Notes: generated from the letters alone by a model not told the origin. A stretch of DNA of 58,320 nucleotides from Bacilli bacterium (GCA_017522615.1 JAFWYR010000015.1:1-58320), one strand, 5' to 3'; counted from the stretch's first letter, positions 48,410-58,320 are shown. Translations and numbers: made by a program.

Positions 48410-48865
48410 TTATTCTAGAAAATTATCATCAATTGATATATTATCCCCAAAGTCTGAGAAAGGATCTGAAGATACATCTACACTGTTTTGAGGCTCTTGT
48501 GGAGCTGGAGCATCTTGATAATCGTATGGAGATGAATTATTTTGATTTCTTCTAGTATCTAAGAACTGAACATTATCAGCAACAACTTCAGTTGTATATC
48601 TTCTGTTTCCATCTTGTCCATTATAAGATCCTGTTTGGATTCTTCCATCGATTGATACTTGACTTCCTTTATCTAGATATTGACAAATATTTTCAGCTTG
48701 TCTTCTCCAAGCTACGATATTTATGAAGTCAGCTTCTCTTTCCCCTTGGGCATTAGCAAATGTTCTATTTACAGCAATACTAAATCTAGTATAAGCTGTA
48801 TTAGAACCTGTGTATCTAAGTTCTGGCTTAGCAGTTAGCCTTCCAACTAAACAAACTCTATTCAT
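48410..48865 (-). CDS. ssb: Single-stranded DNA-binding protein
   Basis: [21 protein letters not shown] and an acidic tail. Confidence 0.97.
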   Translation of the reverse strand: MNRVCLVGRLTAKPELRYTGSNTAYTRFSIAVNRTFANAQGEREADFINIVAWRRQAENICQYLDKGSQVSIDGRIQTGSYNGQDGNRRYTTEVVADNVQFLDTRRNQNNSSPYDYQDAPAPQEPQNSVDVSSDPFSDFGDNISIDDNFLE

Positions 48866-48881
48866 ATGTTTACCTCACTTT

Positions 48882-49172
48882 TTAGTCTTCTTTTTTTGTT
48901 ATTAAATGACGAACTATATCTTTGTTGATAAGAGCTAAACGATCGAATTCTTTAATTGCTTTGTCATCTTTAGCTTCTACTTCGAAGACAAAATAATATC
49001 CGCTTTTAAAATCTTTAATTTCATAAGCTAATTCTTTTTGTCCTAATGCTTGTTCTTCTGTTACTTTAGAACCATTATCTTTGATTATTTTTGAAAAGTT
49101 TTTTACCACTTTCTTAGCTTCGTCTTCAGATAATGTTGGTCTAACGATGAACATAATTTCATAATGTCTCAT
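48882..49172 (-). CDS. rpsF: 30S ribosomal protein S6
   Basis: MRHYEIMFIVRP, LAYEI and EFDRL. Confidence 0.97.
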   Translation of the reverse strand: MRHYEIMFIVRPTLSEDEAKKVVKNFSKIIKDNGSKVTEEQALGQKELAYEIKDFKSGYYFVFEVEAKDDKAIKEFDRLALINKDIVRHLITKKED

Positions 49173-49178
49173 TTTCTG

Positions 49179-49235
49179 CACCTCCTTATGGTCTTTTGGC
49201 TTACATAGTAAGCAAGGAGTAAATTAAATTACTCG
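49179..49235 (-). promoter_or_regulatory. S6:S18 autoregulatory leader RNA
   Basis: Minus strand reads ACTCCTTGCTTAC-tat-GTAAGC-CAAAAGACCAT-AAGGAGG. CTCCTT pairs with the RBS, which is the layout of the Firmicute rpsF leader. Confidence 0.75.
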
Positions 49236-49299
49236 ATATAGATTATATCAAATTATAAAATAATTGTAAAGAAAAATGCATGATTTTTCATGCATATGG

Positions 49300-50070
49300 C
49301 TACAACTTTTCAATTTCTTCTTTTGCTAGTCCTGTTGAGTCTACGATTATATCGATATCTATATTATTTTTTAGAAGTTTCTTGGCTATTTCAATTTTAT
49401 TTTCTTCTTTTCCTTCTTCTTTGGCATTGTGTATTAAAGTGTTTGTAACTTTTCTTGCATCTTCTTCCTCACTTATCCAATCGGTAAATCTTTTATTTTC
49501 ATTTAACCTCTTTATATTTTCTTTATAGTCTTCCATATGTCTTTCTCCCTTACATATTTTTTCTAACTCTTCTTCACTTGAATCTAATATTGCTACATAA
49601 TCATATGTCATATCATTTTTATTATAACATGCATCATGTATTTTATCTATATTGTATTCAAATATTGTTAAATTATCTATAAAGTTTATATTATTATCAT
49701 TTTCGGTTAAAGTATATATTCCAAGTAATGGATATTTTGTAGACAATCCTCTCGTAAAATTTATCTGATAATATTTAGTCATTTTATCGTATACTTCTCC
49801 CACCTTTATTCCTTCACTATATTTAGAAAATATATAACTAGCATTTCTTTCATGAAGTCCATCGTAATATCCTGAATTAATTTCTAAATTAATTATTTCA
49901 CTATCCACTTCTAATAGAACATCTAATGTTTTATTTTTAACATAGATATTTGGTTTTATTATTTCAGGTTTAATAATATTTATAATTTTAACTTTTTTCC
50001 CCAAACATTTTTCTATCAACCATTTTAATAAATGCTCATTTTTCTCATCACAAAATATTGCTTTAAACAT
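49300..50070 (-). CDS. Rpn-family PD-(D/E)XK nuclease (5' end possibly frameshifted)
   Basis: FKAIF, LDVL...INLEIN and C-terminal IEIAKKLL...I...TGL..EEIEKL. Confidence 0.85.
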   Translation of the reverse strand: MFKAIFCDEKNEHLLKWLIEKCLGKKVKIINIIKPEIIKPNIYVKNKTLDVLLEVDSEIINLEINSGYYDGLHERNASYIFSKYSEGIKVGEVYDKMTKYYQINFTRGLSTKYPLLGIYTLTENDNNINFIDNLTIFEYNIDKIHDACYNKNDMTYDYVAILDSSEEELEKICKGERHMEDYKENIKRLNENKRFTDWISEEEDARKVTNTLIHNAKEEGKEENKIEIAKKLLKNNIDIDIIVDSTGLAKEEIEKL

Positions 50071-50192
50071 CGCATCGATGTAACCTATACCATTTTTTCA
50101 AAGATAAATCATTCCCTTCTATATATAATCATTCTATAAAAGTTCTTAATTTACTTTTTATTTTAAAAAAATCAGAAATTAATTCTGATATT

Positions 50193-52061
50193 TTATTTAG
50201 ATAGTTCGTCACATATTAAGTTTGATAATTCTGTTGGATTATCAATTGATAGTCCTTCGATTAATCTTCCTTGAGCATATAATATCTTGGATAGTTTTTT
50301 TAGTTCTTCTTTATCCTCTTTATAAAGTTTTTTTATCTTTGATGCGATCGGATGATTTTTATTAATTTCAAGTATTATATCTGCTTTTACATTGTTATCT
50401 GTAGGCATGGCTTTCATTAATTTTTCCATTTGAATACTAATTTCACCTTCACTACTTAAACATACTGGATGATTTTTTAATGTGTTTGTGAATTTAACAT
50501 CTTTTACTTCACCGATTGCCTCTTTCATTATATTAAATATTTTTTTACTATCTTTGTTTGCTTTTTCAAGTTCTTTCTTTTCATCTTCTGATGTTATATC
50601 ATTAGCTACATCTGATACATTAGCAAATGGTTTTTCTTTATAGTTCATCATTGTTTGAAGAACTATTTCATCACCGTATTCTGTTAGATATAATATTTCA
50701 TATCCTTTATCTTTAAGAATCTCTGTTTGAGGAAGCATGTCAGCTTTTTCTACAGTATCAGCACACGCATAGTAAATCTTTTCTTGTTTTTCATCCATTC
50801 TTTCAATATATTCACTAAATGTAGTATATTTCTTTTCATTTGAACTTTTAAATATTATTAGATCTTCTAATTTATCTTTGTCCATACCAAAGTTGTTACA
50901 AATTCCGGCTTTTAATTGTAAGCCAAAATTTTCAAAGAATTTCTCATAATTTTCTCGGTCATTTTTTAAGAAGTCATTTAATTCTCTGTTAATTTTGTTT
51001 TCGATGGATTTAGCTATTTTCTTAAGCATGTGATCTTGCTGAAGATTTTCTCTTGATATGTTTAGAGATAAATCTGGGCTATCGATAATACCTTTGACAA
51101 ATCCATAATAATCTGGAAGTAAATCTTCACAGTTTTCCATTATTAGAACTCCATTTGAATATAATTCTAGTCCTTTTTTGTATTCTTTTGTATAAAAATT
51201 ATAAGGAGCTTGTGATGGTATAAATAATAGAGCGGTAAAGTTTACTAATCCTTCAGCATTAAAGTGAATTATTTTAGTAGGGTTTTCATATATATTAAAT
51301 TTATCTTGGAAGAAAGTATTATATTCTTCATCTTTTATTTTTGATTTTTCTCTTTTCCAAATTGGAGTTAATGAATTTAATACATCTTCTTCTATTACTT
51401 CTTCATATTCATCTGAATCTTCTTTTTTATGATTATGAACACAGTTCATTTTTATTTTGTATGTTATGTAATCTGAATATTTTTTTATTAAATGTTTTAA
51501 TGTATATTCTTCTAAATATTCTGAATAGTTTTCTTCTTCGGTATCTTCTTTTAAAGATAATATTACGTCTGTACCATAACTTTCTTTTTCACTTTTTTCA
51601 ATGGTATAACCATCGATACCTTTTGAATTCCATGTGTATGCTTCATCTGAACCGTATTTTTTTGAAATTACAGTTACTTCTTTACTGACCATGAAAGCTG
51701 AGTAGAAACCTACTCCAAATTGACCAATAATATCGATGTTTTCTTTTTTTTCATTTTCTTTTTTGAATAATGAAGATCCACTTTGAGCGATTGTTCCTAA
51801 GTTATTTTCTAACTCTTCTTTATTCATTCCTATACCATTATCTCTTATTGTTAAAGTTCTATTTTCTTTATCTGGCAAAAGTTCGATACTAGGGTTATCC
51901 ATTTTAATACTAGTATCTGTCAATGACATATAGTTTAATTTATCTAAGGCATCTGAGGCATTAGATACTATTTCTCTTAAAAATATTTCTTTGTTTGTGT
52001 ATATGGAATTTATCATTAGTTCCATAAGTTTTTTAGATTCTGTCTTAAATTGTTTTTTCAT
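50193..52061 (-). CDS. htpG: Chaperone HtpG (Hsp90)
   Basis: IFLREIVSNASDA, DNGIGM, IGQFGVGFYS and LNISRE. Confidence 0.97.
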   Translation of the reverse strand: MKKQFKTESKKLMELMINSIYTNKEIFLREIVSNASDALDKLNYMSLTDTSIKMDNPSIELLPDKENRTLTIRDNGIGMNKEELENNLGTIAQSGSSLFKKENEKKENIDIIGQFGVGFYSAFMVSKEVTVISKKYGSDEAYTWNSKGIDGYTIEKSEKESYGTDVILSLKEDTEEENYSEYLEEYTLKHLIKKYSDYITYKIKMNCVHNHKKEDSDEYEEVIEEDVLNSLTPIWKREKSKIKDEEYNTFFQDKFNIYENPTKIIHFNAEGLVNFTALLFIPSQAPYNFYTKEYKKGLELYSNGVLIMENCEDLLPDYYGFVKGIIDSPDLSLNISRENLQQDHMLKKIAKSIENKINRELNDFLKNDRENYEKFFENFGLQLKAGICNNFGMDKDKLEDLIIFKSSNEKKYTTFSEYIERMDEKQEKIYYACADTVEKADMLPQTEILKDKGYEILYLTEYGDEIVLQTMMNYKEKPFANVSDVANDITSEDEKKELEKANKDSKKIFNIMKEAIGEVKDVKFTNTLKNHPVCLSSEGEISIQMEKLMKAMPTDNNVKADIILEINKNHPIASKIKKLYKEDKEELKKLSKILYAQGRLIEGLSIDNPTELSNLICDELSK

Positions 52062-52078
52062 TTTTATCACCGTAATTT

Positions 52079-52120
52079 GTTATATCACTTTCTTTAGCAA
52101 TTGTCAAGGGTGAGTGCTAA
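52079..52120 (-). promoter_or_regulatory. CIRCE (HrcA operator) overlapping the sigmaA promoter of htpG
   Basis: TTAGCAatt-N9-GAGTGCTAA at 52094-52120; TTGACA (52107-52102), 17 bp, TATAAC (52084-52079). Confidence 0.85.
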
Positions 52121-52128
52121 AAAAGATA

Positions 52129-52734
52129 CTATCTTTTGATAGTACCCTTAATCATTACTTTTTCATATATCTCTTCGGCTAATTTATCATAGTCTTGAAG
52201 AGTTGAATCATTATTTATTATTCTGTCGTATTTTATTTTTCTATATCTAGATTTTTTTCTATCCTCTTTATCCCATTCGTGAATAGTTTTGGCATCTACT
52301 ATCATATTATCTCTTTCTTGTCTTCTTTTTATTCTTAAACTATCTGGTGATTGTGTTTTTATTAGATAGTCGTAATCTAAATATAGTGCTTCTAAGATAA
52401 CCCCTTCTATTATGGCTAGGTCATATTCATTTCTATATAATTTTAATAATTTCGATTGAACTAAAGATGTTATAAATATATTTCTAGCTAAATAATATAA
52501 CCCTTTTATATTTCTATTTTCTATATTATTAATGGGGTTTCTTTTAAGATTTATTAGATTTCCATCACCATGGTATGATTCTACTATACCATCTTTTGAG
52601 GAAATTTTTTTCTTTACATCATCTAAGATATAGTCTAGTGGAATTACTTCTGATTTCTTACTTTTTTCAGAAATTAATCTTGCTAATGTGCTTTTACCTG
52701 TTGTACTATTTCCACCAATTCCAATTATTTTCAT
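52129..52734 (-). CDS. P-loop kinase (dephospho-CoA/uridine kinase-like)
   Basis: IIGIGGNSTTGKST, IIEG and LRIKRRQERD lid. Confidence 0.7.
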   Translation of the reverse strand: MKIIGIGGNSTTGKSTLARLISEKSKKSEVIPLDYILDDVKKKISSKDGIVESYHGDGNLINLKRNPINNIENRNIKGLYYLARNIFITSLVQSKLLKLYRNEYDLAIIEGVILEALYLDYDYLIKTQSPDSLRIKRRQERDNMIVDAKTIHEWDKEDRKKSRYRKIKYDRIINNDSTLQDYDKLAEEIYEKVMIKGTIKR

Positions 52735-53831
52735 TATACGTTAAATCTAAAATGACATATATCCCCATCTTGCATTATATAGTCTTTTCCTTCTAATCTT
52801 AGTTTTCCAGATTCTTTAACTTTTAATTCGCTGCCTTGCTCTTTTAAATCATTAAAACTCATTATTTCTGCTTTAATAAAACCTTTTTGAAAATCTGTAT
52901 GAATTATTCCTGCACATTCTGGGGCTGTCATACCTTGTCTATATGTCCAAGCTTTTACTTCGTCTTGTCCAGCAGTTAAAAATGTAGATAGGCCTAGTAA
53001 TTTGTATGAACTTTTAATCAATTTATCTAATCCACTTTCATTAATTCCCAAATCTTCTAGGAATTCTTTTTTTTCTTCGTCGGTTAGTTCTGCGAGTTCT
53101 TCTTCTATTTTAGCTGATATTTTTACAACTTCAGCTTTTTCTTTTTTCGCATATTCTTTTAATGTTTTAACATAATCATTATCTTCATTAATATTTTCTT
53201 CTGATACATTGGCTACATAAATAATAGGTTTTAAAGTTAATAAGTTAAATGGTTTTAATATTTTCTTTTCTTCATCAGATAGATTTAAATTTCTAGGTGG
53301 AATATTTTTTTCTAAATTTTCTTTAACTTTTTCAAGTAATTCTAACTCTTTAATTGCCTCTTTGTCGTTTGCTAGTCTTGCCTTTTTTCCCATTCTAGAT
53401 ATTCTATTTTCTATTACTTCTAAATCTGCAAGTTCTAGTTCAACGTCGATTATTTCAACGTCTCTTATTGGATCTATGTTACCAGATACATGAGTAATAT
53501 TTCCGTTTTCAAAGCATCTTACTACTTCACATATGGCGTCAACTTCTCTGATATGTGATAGAAATTTATTTCCTAGTCCTTCTCCTTTAGATGCTCCTGC
53601 GACTAAACCAGCTATATCTGTAAATTCAAAAGTGGCAGGAATTGTTTTTTTTGGCTTATACATATTTTCTAAGAAATCTACTCTTTCATCAGGAACAGTT
53701 ACTATTCCGACATTTGGTTCTATTGTCGCAAACGGATAGTTTGCGGCTAATATATTTTGTTTTGTTATTGCGTTAAATAAAGTCGACTTTCCAACGTTTG
53801 GTAAACCGACTATTCCAGCAGTTAAACTCAT
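52734..53831 (-). CDS. ychF: Redox-regulated ATPase YchF
   Basis: GIVGLPNVGKSTLFN, NYPFATIEPN, DIAGLV and FRFNV. Confidence 0.97.
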   Translation of the reverse strand: MSLTAGIVGLPNVGKSTLFNAITKQNILAANYPFATIEPNVGIVTVPDERVDFLENMYKPKKTIPATFEFTDIAGLVAGASKGEGLGNKFLSHIREVDAICEVVRCFENGNITHVSGNIDPIRDVEIIDVELELADLEVIENRISRMGKKARLANDKEAIKELELLEKVKENLEKNIPPRNLNLSDEEKKILKPFNLLTLKPIIYVANVSEENINEDNDYVKTLKEYAKKEKAEVVKISAKIEEELAELTDEEKKEFLEDLGINESGLDKLIKSSYKLLGLSTFLTAGQDEVKAWTYRQGMTAPECAGIIHTDFQKGFIKAEIMSFNDLKEQGSELKVKESGKLRLEGKDYIMQDGDICHFRFNV

Positions 53832-53917
53832 TTTCATCACCGGTAATAATTGTATCAAAATGTTGGTTATTTGTAAATAATATTACTAATTAACTAAAAA
53901 AGAAGCTATATTAGCTT

Positions 53918-55429
53918 CTATAATGTCGTTGTAGTGTTTGGACCTAATGGAAGACCCATTATAAACCAACCTATTACAATTACTAACCATATTACCATGA
54001 ATATCAAAGTAGTTGATTTAAGCAAATTAAGGGTTCCAAATACTGTTATTTTATTACTTTCTTTATTATTGTATTTTTCTAAGAATGCTAGCATGATGAT
54101 ATAGTATACGAAGAATGGTGTGATACCTTTTCCAACACTGTCTGCTGCTTTAAATATGAACTGAGTAAAATCTGGAGTGATGTTTGCTTTCATAAATAAT
54201 GGAATTAATATTGGAGATGATAGTTGCCATTTGGTTATCGCATCTGGGATTAATATAGACATGAGGATTACCATAATAAATAAAGTAATTATTAATGGTA
54301 GTCCAGTAAATTCTAAACTACTCATAAATGAAATTATCCATGAAGCAACTACTGTCCCAAGTCCTGTCCAATTTAATATACTTATCATGAGTGATGAGAA
54401 GAATAGTAGAATAAATATATATCCTAAGTTATCAAATTCTTTCGATAATCCTACACTAAAATCATTGGTGTTTTTTAGGTTTTTAGATATTAATCCATAT
54501 ATTCCAGAACATATCATCATAATTATTAAGAATACAAATCCAAAGGCATCTTGGAATGGAGCTTTATCTCCTAATAGCTGAGCGACATAGTCAACTTTTG
54601 TATTATCGAGTAATATTCCTGAGAAAGGTAGTCCTGGAATTATAGAATAAACTGCTAAAAACATGAGGATTATAAAGGCAACTATTGACCAAACTAATCC
54701 TTTTCTAGATCTTATTAACTCGTCTTCTTCTCTAATCGATTCTTTTACTTTTGGTTTTAATATTGTCTCTATTACAATTGTTCCAAGAATGGATAGGATA
54801 AATGTTGTAGCTAACATGGCATAATAGTTCGACCAGGCATTAAATATATAATCTTTGTCAACATCAACAGCTACAGCCGCTTTGGTTAGAAGTCCTAGTT
54901 GATAATCATCATAGTTAAATACTAGTCCTGCTCCATATCCCATACTAACTCCAAGGAATGATGTTAAAATACCTAACATGGAATTTCTTCCTAAATATTG
55001 ATATATAACTGCGGACATTGGTATTACTAATATGAATCCATATTCTCCTAAAAATGAAGATATTATTCCAATGAATAGTGTTAAAAATGTTACTATTCCT
55101 GGTTTTAATCTTTTCATAGGTGTGAATATAGCTTTAAAAAGACCGCTGGCTTTTCCTATTGAAACTGCCATTAGAGATATTATTAATAATACTAATGGTT
55201 TAAAGTTTTTAAATGTTTCTATCGGTGAAGAGAAGAAAAATTTTAATCCTTCTTTGGAAAATATGTTTTTAACTCCGACAACCGATGTTTCAAGTGAACC
55301 ATTGGTTATTTTAGTTACTTCACCTTGTATATCTAAGATTGAAAATATTGAACTAATTATCATTATTATGAAAGTCAATATGACAATTGTAATAACTGGT
55401 CCTAGTAATATTGATTTTTTCTTTCTCAT
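53918..55429 (-). CDS. AbgT-family transporter
   Basis: Multi-TM protein with VKNIFSKEG, F.NFKPL, GRN.MLG, TKW...SPILIP.FM and GLPLGP. Confidence 0.8.
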   Translation of the reverse strand: MRKKKSILLGPVITIVILTFIIMIISSIFSILDIQGEVTKITNGSLETSVVGVKNIFSKEGLKFFFSSPIETFKNFKPLVLLIISLMAVSIGKASGLFKAIFTPMKRLKPGIVTFLTLFIGIISSFLGEYGFILVIPMSAVIYQYLGRNSMLGILTSFLGVSMGYGAGLVFNYDDYQLGLLTKAAVAVDVDKDYIFNAWSNYYAMLATTFILSILGTIVIETILKPKVKESIREEDELIRSRKGLVWSIVAFIILMFLAVYSIIPGLPFSGILLDNTKVDYVAQLLGDKAPFQDAFGFVFLIIMMICSGIYGLISKNLKNTNDFSVGLSKEFDNLGYIFILLFFSSLMISILNWTGLGTVVASWIISFMSSLEFTGLPLIITLFIMVILMSILIPDAITKWQLSSPILIPLFMKANITPDFTQFIFKAADSVGKGITPFFVYYIIMLAFLEKYNNKESNKITVFGTLNLLKSTTLIFMVIWLVIVIGWFIMGLPLGPNTTTTL

Positions 55430-55439
55430 ATTAGACCTC

Positions 55440-55625
55440 CTATAATTTTATTATTTTTTTAATTTTTTTATTAAATTCTATTCTTGGAAGCATTATGCTT
55501 CTTCCACATCCTTGGCATTTTATTTTAATATCAGCACCAAGTCTAGTTATTTCCCATTCGTTTGTTCCACATGGATGATCTTTTTTCATTACGACTATAC
55601 TTCCTAATTTGTAATCATTCTTCAC
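55440..55625 (-). CDS. DUF951 family protein
   Basis: MKKDHPCG.NEWEI.RLGADIKIKC..CGR. Confidence 0.9.
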   Translation of the reverse strand: MKNDYKLGSIVVMKKDHPCGTNEWEITRLGADIKIKCQGCGRSIMLPRIEFNKKIKKIIKL

Positions 55626-56407
55626 TTTACCACCTCTATTTTAGGGTATGGAATTTGTAAATTTTGTTTTTTAAATTCTCTTACTATTATTTCTAAAGCT
55701 TTTCTTTTAAATGGTATATCACAGTTTGGTCTTGTTTCGGCAGATATTTTAAAATTAATTGAATTATTGCTTAGTTCATCGATTCCTAAAAATATTATAT
55801 CGCCTTCTAGGTATTCTTTATCTTGCAATAATATATCACATATGTTTTTTATAGCCTCTTTTACTTTATCTATATCATCTTCATATGAAGCTGGTATTTC
55901 TATAATGCTTTTAGATGATCTTATACTATAATTAATTACTTCTGTGATATTTCGATTTGCGATTATTTTTACCTCACCAGTATAAGCTCTTAACTTGGTG
56001 GTTTTTAATCCAAGTGATATTACATCACCTCTAAAATCACCAATTTTAACGTTATCTCCAACTTTAAACTGATCTTCAGTTAATATTGCAGTTCCACCGA
56101 TAATGTCTTTTAATAAGTCTTGTATGGCTAAACCGACGATTATTCCTATTACGCCTAGTGATGTTAATAAGGCTTTCGTATCTACACCCCAAACGTCTAA
56201 TATCATTAACACATCGGCAATATATAACATATATTTAACTATATTTGTGGCAACTGTAATAGTTGTTAAAGCTTTTTTATTTGAGTTTTTTCTTGCTTTT
56301 TTTAATAAGGTATTTAACATAATATGTTTGAATATCATGTAAAATATTATTGATCCTAATATTATAGATATGCTTGTTATTACTTGCTTATTTATTATAT
56401 TATCCAT
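55622..56407 (-). CDS. mscS: Small-conductance mechanosensitive channel
   Basis: GLAIQDLLKDIIGG, QFKVGD and GLKTTKLR. Confidence 0.88.
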   Translation of the reverse strand: MDNIINKQVITSISIILGSIIFYMIFKHIMLNTLLKKARKNSNKKALTTITVATNIVKYMLYIADVLMILDVWGVDTKALLTSLGVIGIIVGLAIQDLLKDIIGGTAILTEDQFKVGDNVKIGDFRGDVISLGLKTTKLRAYTGEVKIIANRNITEVINYSIRSSKSIIEIPASYEDDIDKVKEAIKNICDILLQDKEYLEGDIIFLGIDELSNNSINFKISAETRPNCDIPFKRKALEIIVREFKKQNLQIPYPKIEVVK

Positions 56408-56428
56408 ATTTCACCTTCTTATTAAGGT

Positions 56429-57298
56429 TTATTCTTTTATATTTATTATTTCTAATATTCTATTTAAATCAGCTGATGAGGTAAATGTAATTTCTATTTT
56501 TTTATCTTTAACTTTTACTTTTGTATCCAATTTTTCTCTAAGCAAATCTTGAACATATTCATATTCGTTAAATCTCTTTTTCTTAGGTCTTGGTTTTTTC
56601 TTTTCTGTTGTTTTTTCTTCTGCTACCCTCACTGACATTTTTTCATTTACTATTTCATTGGCCATTTTAATAATTTCATCTTTGTCTTCCATTTTAGATA
56701 ATGTTCTGGCATGTCCCATTGTTAGTTTTTTATCTAATACCATATCTTGTACTTCATTTGGAAGTCTTAGTAAGCCTAACATATTAGTAATGTGAGATCT
56801 ACTTTTACTAACTTTTTTAGCTAATTGTTCTTGAGTTAAATTTAATTTTTCAATTAAACTTTTATATGCTTTTGCTTCTTCTAAAGCTGTTAAATTTTCT
56901 CGTTGTAAATTTTCAAGTAAGGCTATTTCAGCCATTTTTTCATCACTTAGTTGTCTTATAATTGCTGGTATAGTTTTCTTTTTAGCTATTTTACTAGCTT
57001 TTAATCTTCTTTCTCCAGCTATGACATCATATCCCTTAATACTTTTTTTAACTATTATTGGTTCAATGACGCCGTTTTCTTTAATAGATTCAGCTAGTTC
57101 GTTTAGGGCATCTTTATCAAATACAGTTCTTGGTTGATACGGGTTTGGTCTTAATTCTTCTAGTTTTAATTCAACTATTTCTTCACTTTTAGCTTCTTTA
57201 TACATGTTTTTCTCAAAATCACTTACATTTTCAACATTTAAATTATCTAAATCAAATAATTGTTCTAGGCCTTTACCTAGTGCTCTCCTATTTTCCAT
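56429..57298 (-). CDS. parB: ParB/Spo0J partition protein
   Basis: ALGKGL, PNPYQPR, IAGERR, ENLQRENL and an HTH. Confidence 0.95.
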   Translation of the reverse strand: MENRRALGKGLEQLFDLDNLNVENVSDFEKNMYKEAKSEEIVELKLEELRPNPYQPRTVFDKDALNELAESIKENGVIEPIIVKKSIKGYDVIAGERRLKASKIAKKKTIPAIIRQLSDEKMAEIALLENLQRENLTALEEAKAYKSLIEKLNLTQEQLAKKVSKSRSHITNMLGLLRLPNEVQDMVLDKKLTMGHARTLSKMEDKDEIIKMANEIVNEKMSVRVAEEKTTEKKKPRPKKKRFNEYEYVQDLLREKLDTKVKVKDKKIEITFTSSADLNRILEIINIKE

Positions 57299-58073
57299 CT
57301 CTACTGATCACCTCTTTCGCTAAATTTATATATGCATCAGCTCCTCTACTTTTTGGATCATAAGCGATTATTGGTTTACCATGTGAGGGAGCTTCTGAAA
57401 GTCTTACTAATCTAGGGATTATAGTATCATATACTCTTTCTTTAAAGTAACTTTTTATATCTTGTACTACCTCCAATCCTAGGTTTGTTCTGTTATCTAA
57501 CATTGTAAGTAGAACTCCTTCGATATCTAGACTTGGGTTAAGAGTTTTTTGAGCGAGCATAATCGAATTTAATAACTGCATTATTCCTTCTAGAGCGAAG
57601 AATTCACATTGAACTGGGATAATTACTGAATTTGCGGCACATAAAGCATTAGTTGTTAAAATTCCAAGTGATGGTGGACAATCAATAATTATATAATCAA
57701 ACATATCTTCACCTATTGCTAGCTGGTTTTTTAATTGTCTACTTTTGGAAAATTCTGGATCTAATCTACTTTGCTCCATAAGTTCAATATCAGCTCCAGC
57801 TAGAGAAATTGTTGCAGGAATTATAAATAGATTTTTGAATTTTGTCTTTTTTATTACATCTTTTAATTCTGCTTTTCCTATTAATAATTCATATACACTC
57901 TTTTTTATTTCACCTTTGTCTATTCCTAATCCTGTTGTACTATTACCTTGAGGATCTAGATCAATTAGTAATACTCTTTTTCCTAAATAACCTAATGAGG
58001 CCGCTAAATTGATACTTGAAGTTGTTTTACCAACTCCACCTTTTTGATTAACTAGTGCGATTATCTTTCCCAT
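57288..58073 (-). CDS. parA: ParA/Soj ATPase
   Basis: NQKGGVGKTT, DLDPQGN, DCPPSLG and EAPSHG. Confidence 0.95.
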   Translation of the reverse strand: MGKIIALVNQKGGVGKTTSSINLAASLGYLGKRVLLIDLDPQGNSTTGLGIDKGEIKKSVYELLIGKAELKDVIKKTKFKNLFIIPATISLAGADIELMEQSRLDPEFSKSRQLKNQLAIGEDMFDYIIIDCPPSLGILTTNALCAANSVIIPVQCEFFALEGIMQLLNSIMLAQKTLNPSLDIEGVLLTMLDNRTNLGLEVVQDIKSYFKERVYDTIIPRLVRLSEAPSHGKPIIAYDPKSRGADAYINLAKEVISRDGK

Positions 58074-58182
58074 TTTTATCACCATTTTCATTTTTCTAGC
58101 TATATTCATTTTATCACATTAATAGACATAAATCTACTTTAAAATAAGTTTTAATATTAAAAAGAAAGTAATTAAACTTTCT

Positions 58183-58320
58183 CAGACTGTTGACAAATAT
58201 GGTCAATGGTCTTTTCATTTGAGACAAAAAATAGTATAATGAAAGTGCGAGATAAATGACTCCTATTTTAACCGATAAAGTCATTGCCAAATCTCGCTTT
58301 TTTTATTGGGAAATGATATA
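58183..58320 (+). mobile_element. Left end of an IS1182-like insertion sequence (partial, window edge)
   Basis: CAGACTGTTGACAAA IR directly after the host hairpin AGAAAGT-aattaa-ACTTTCT; followed by TATAAT and a stem-loop. Confidence 0.65.

Noticed and set aside
50098-50100. TGA read as Trp (genetic code 4)
   Set aside because: TGA terminates clear genes such as mscS, hamA and the thermonuclease, and Trp is encoded by TGG in the conserved genes.
167-57951. Short ORFs antisense to long genes (e.g. 167-382, 25217-25651, 26612-27040, 39425-39766, 54177-54581, 55032-55445)
   Set aside because: These are shadow frames of AT-rich genes, with no RBS or recognisable motif.
125-58197. The whole window as one transposon or circular element bounded by the 17-bp IR
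   Set aside because: The orientation places the IS bodies outside the window, and the interior is core chromosomal genes.

Overview
AT-rich chromosomal segment of a low-GC Firmicute, read with standard genetic code 11. The gene set suggests a reduced-genome but spore-gene-bearing Bacilli lineage such as RF39; this is inference. The segment lies near the origin region (parA-parB-mscS-ychF ... rpsF-ssb-rpsR) and most genes are on the minus strand. Both window edges are ends of an IS1182-like element: a 17-bp inverted repeat at 125-141 and 58181-58197, each beside a host hairpin. Housekeeping content includes lysS, glmS with its ribozyme, tRNA-His, a SWIM-SNF2 helicase, typA, tagO, an M18 aminopeptidase, mbl, rpiB, and htpG with a CIRCE. 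Sporulation genes are a cotJA-B fusion, cotJC, yetF-like, spoIIID, spoIIQ-like and spoIID. A defence island at about 18.0-24.9 kb encodes two C5 methyltransferases, an HNH endonuclease and a Hachiman-like hamA-hamB pair, with unusual regulatory DNA. Other accessory content: a HEPN-CBS protein, an intact IS3-family element (4-bp TSD) that splits the typA terminator, an Rpn nuclease gene with a candidate internal antitoxin start, several surface proteins and orphan ORFs. All calls come from reading motifs by eye; no database searches were run.
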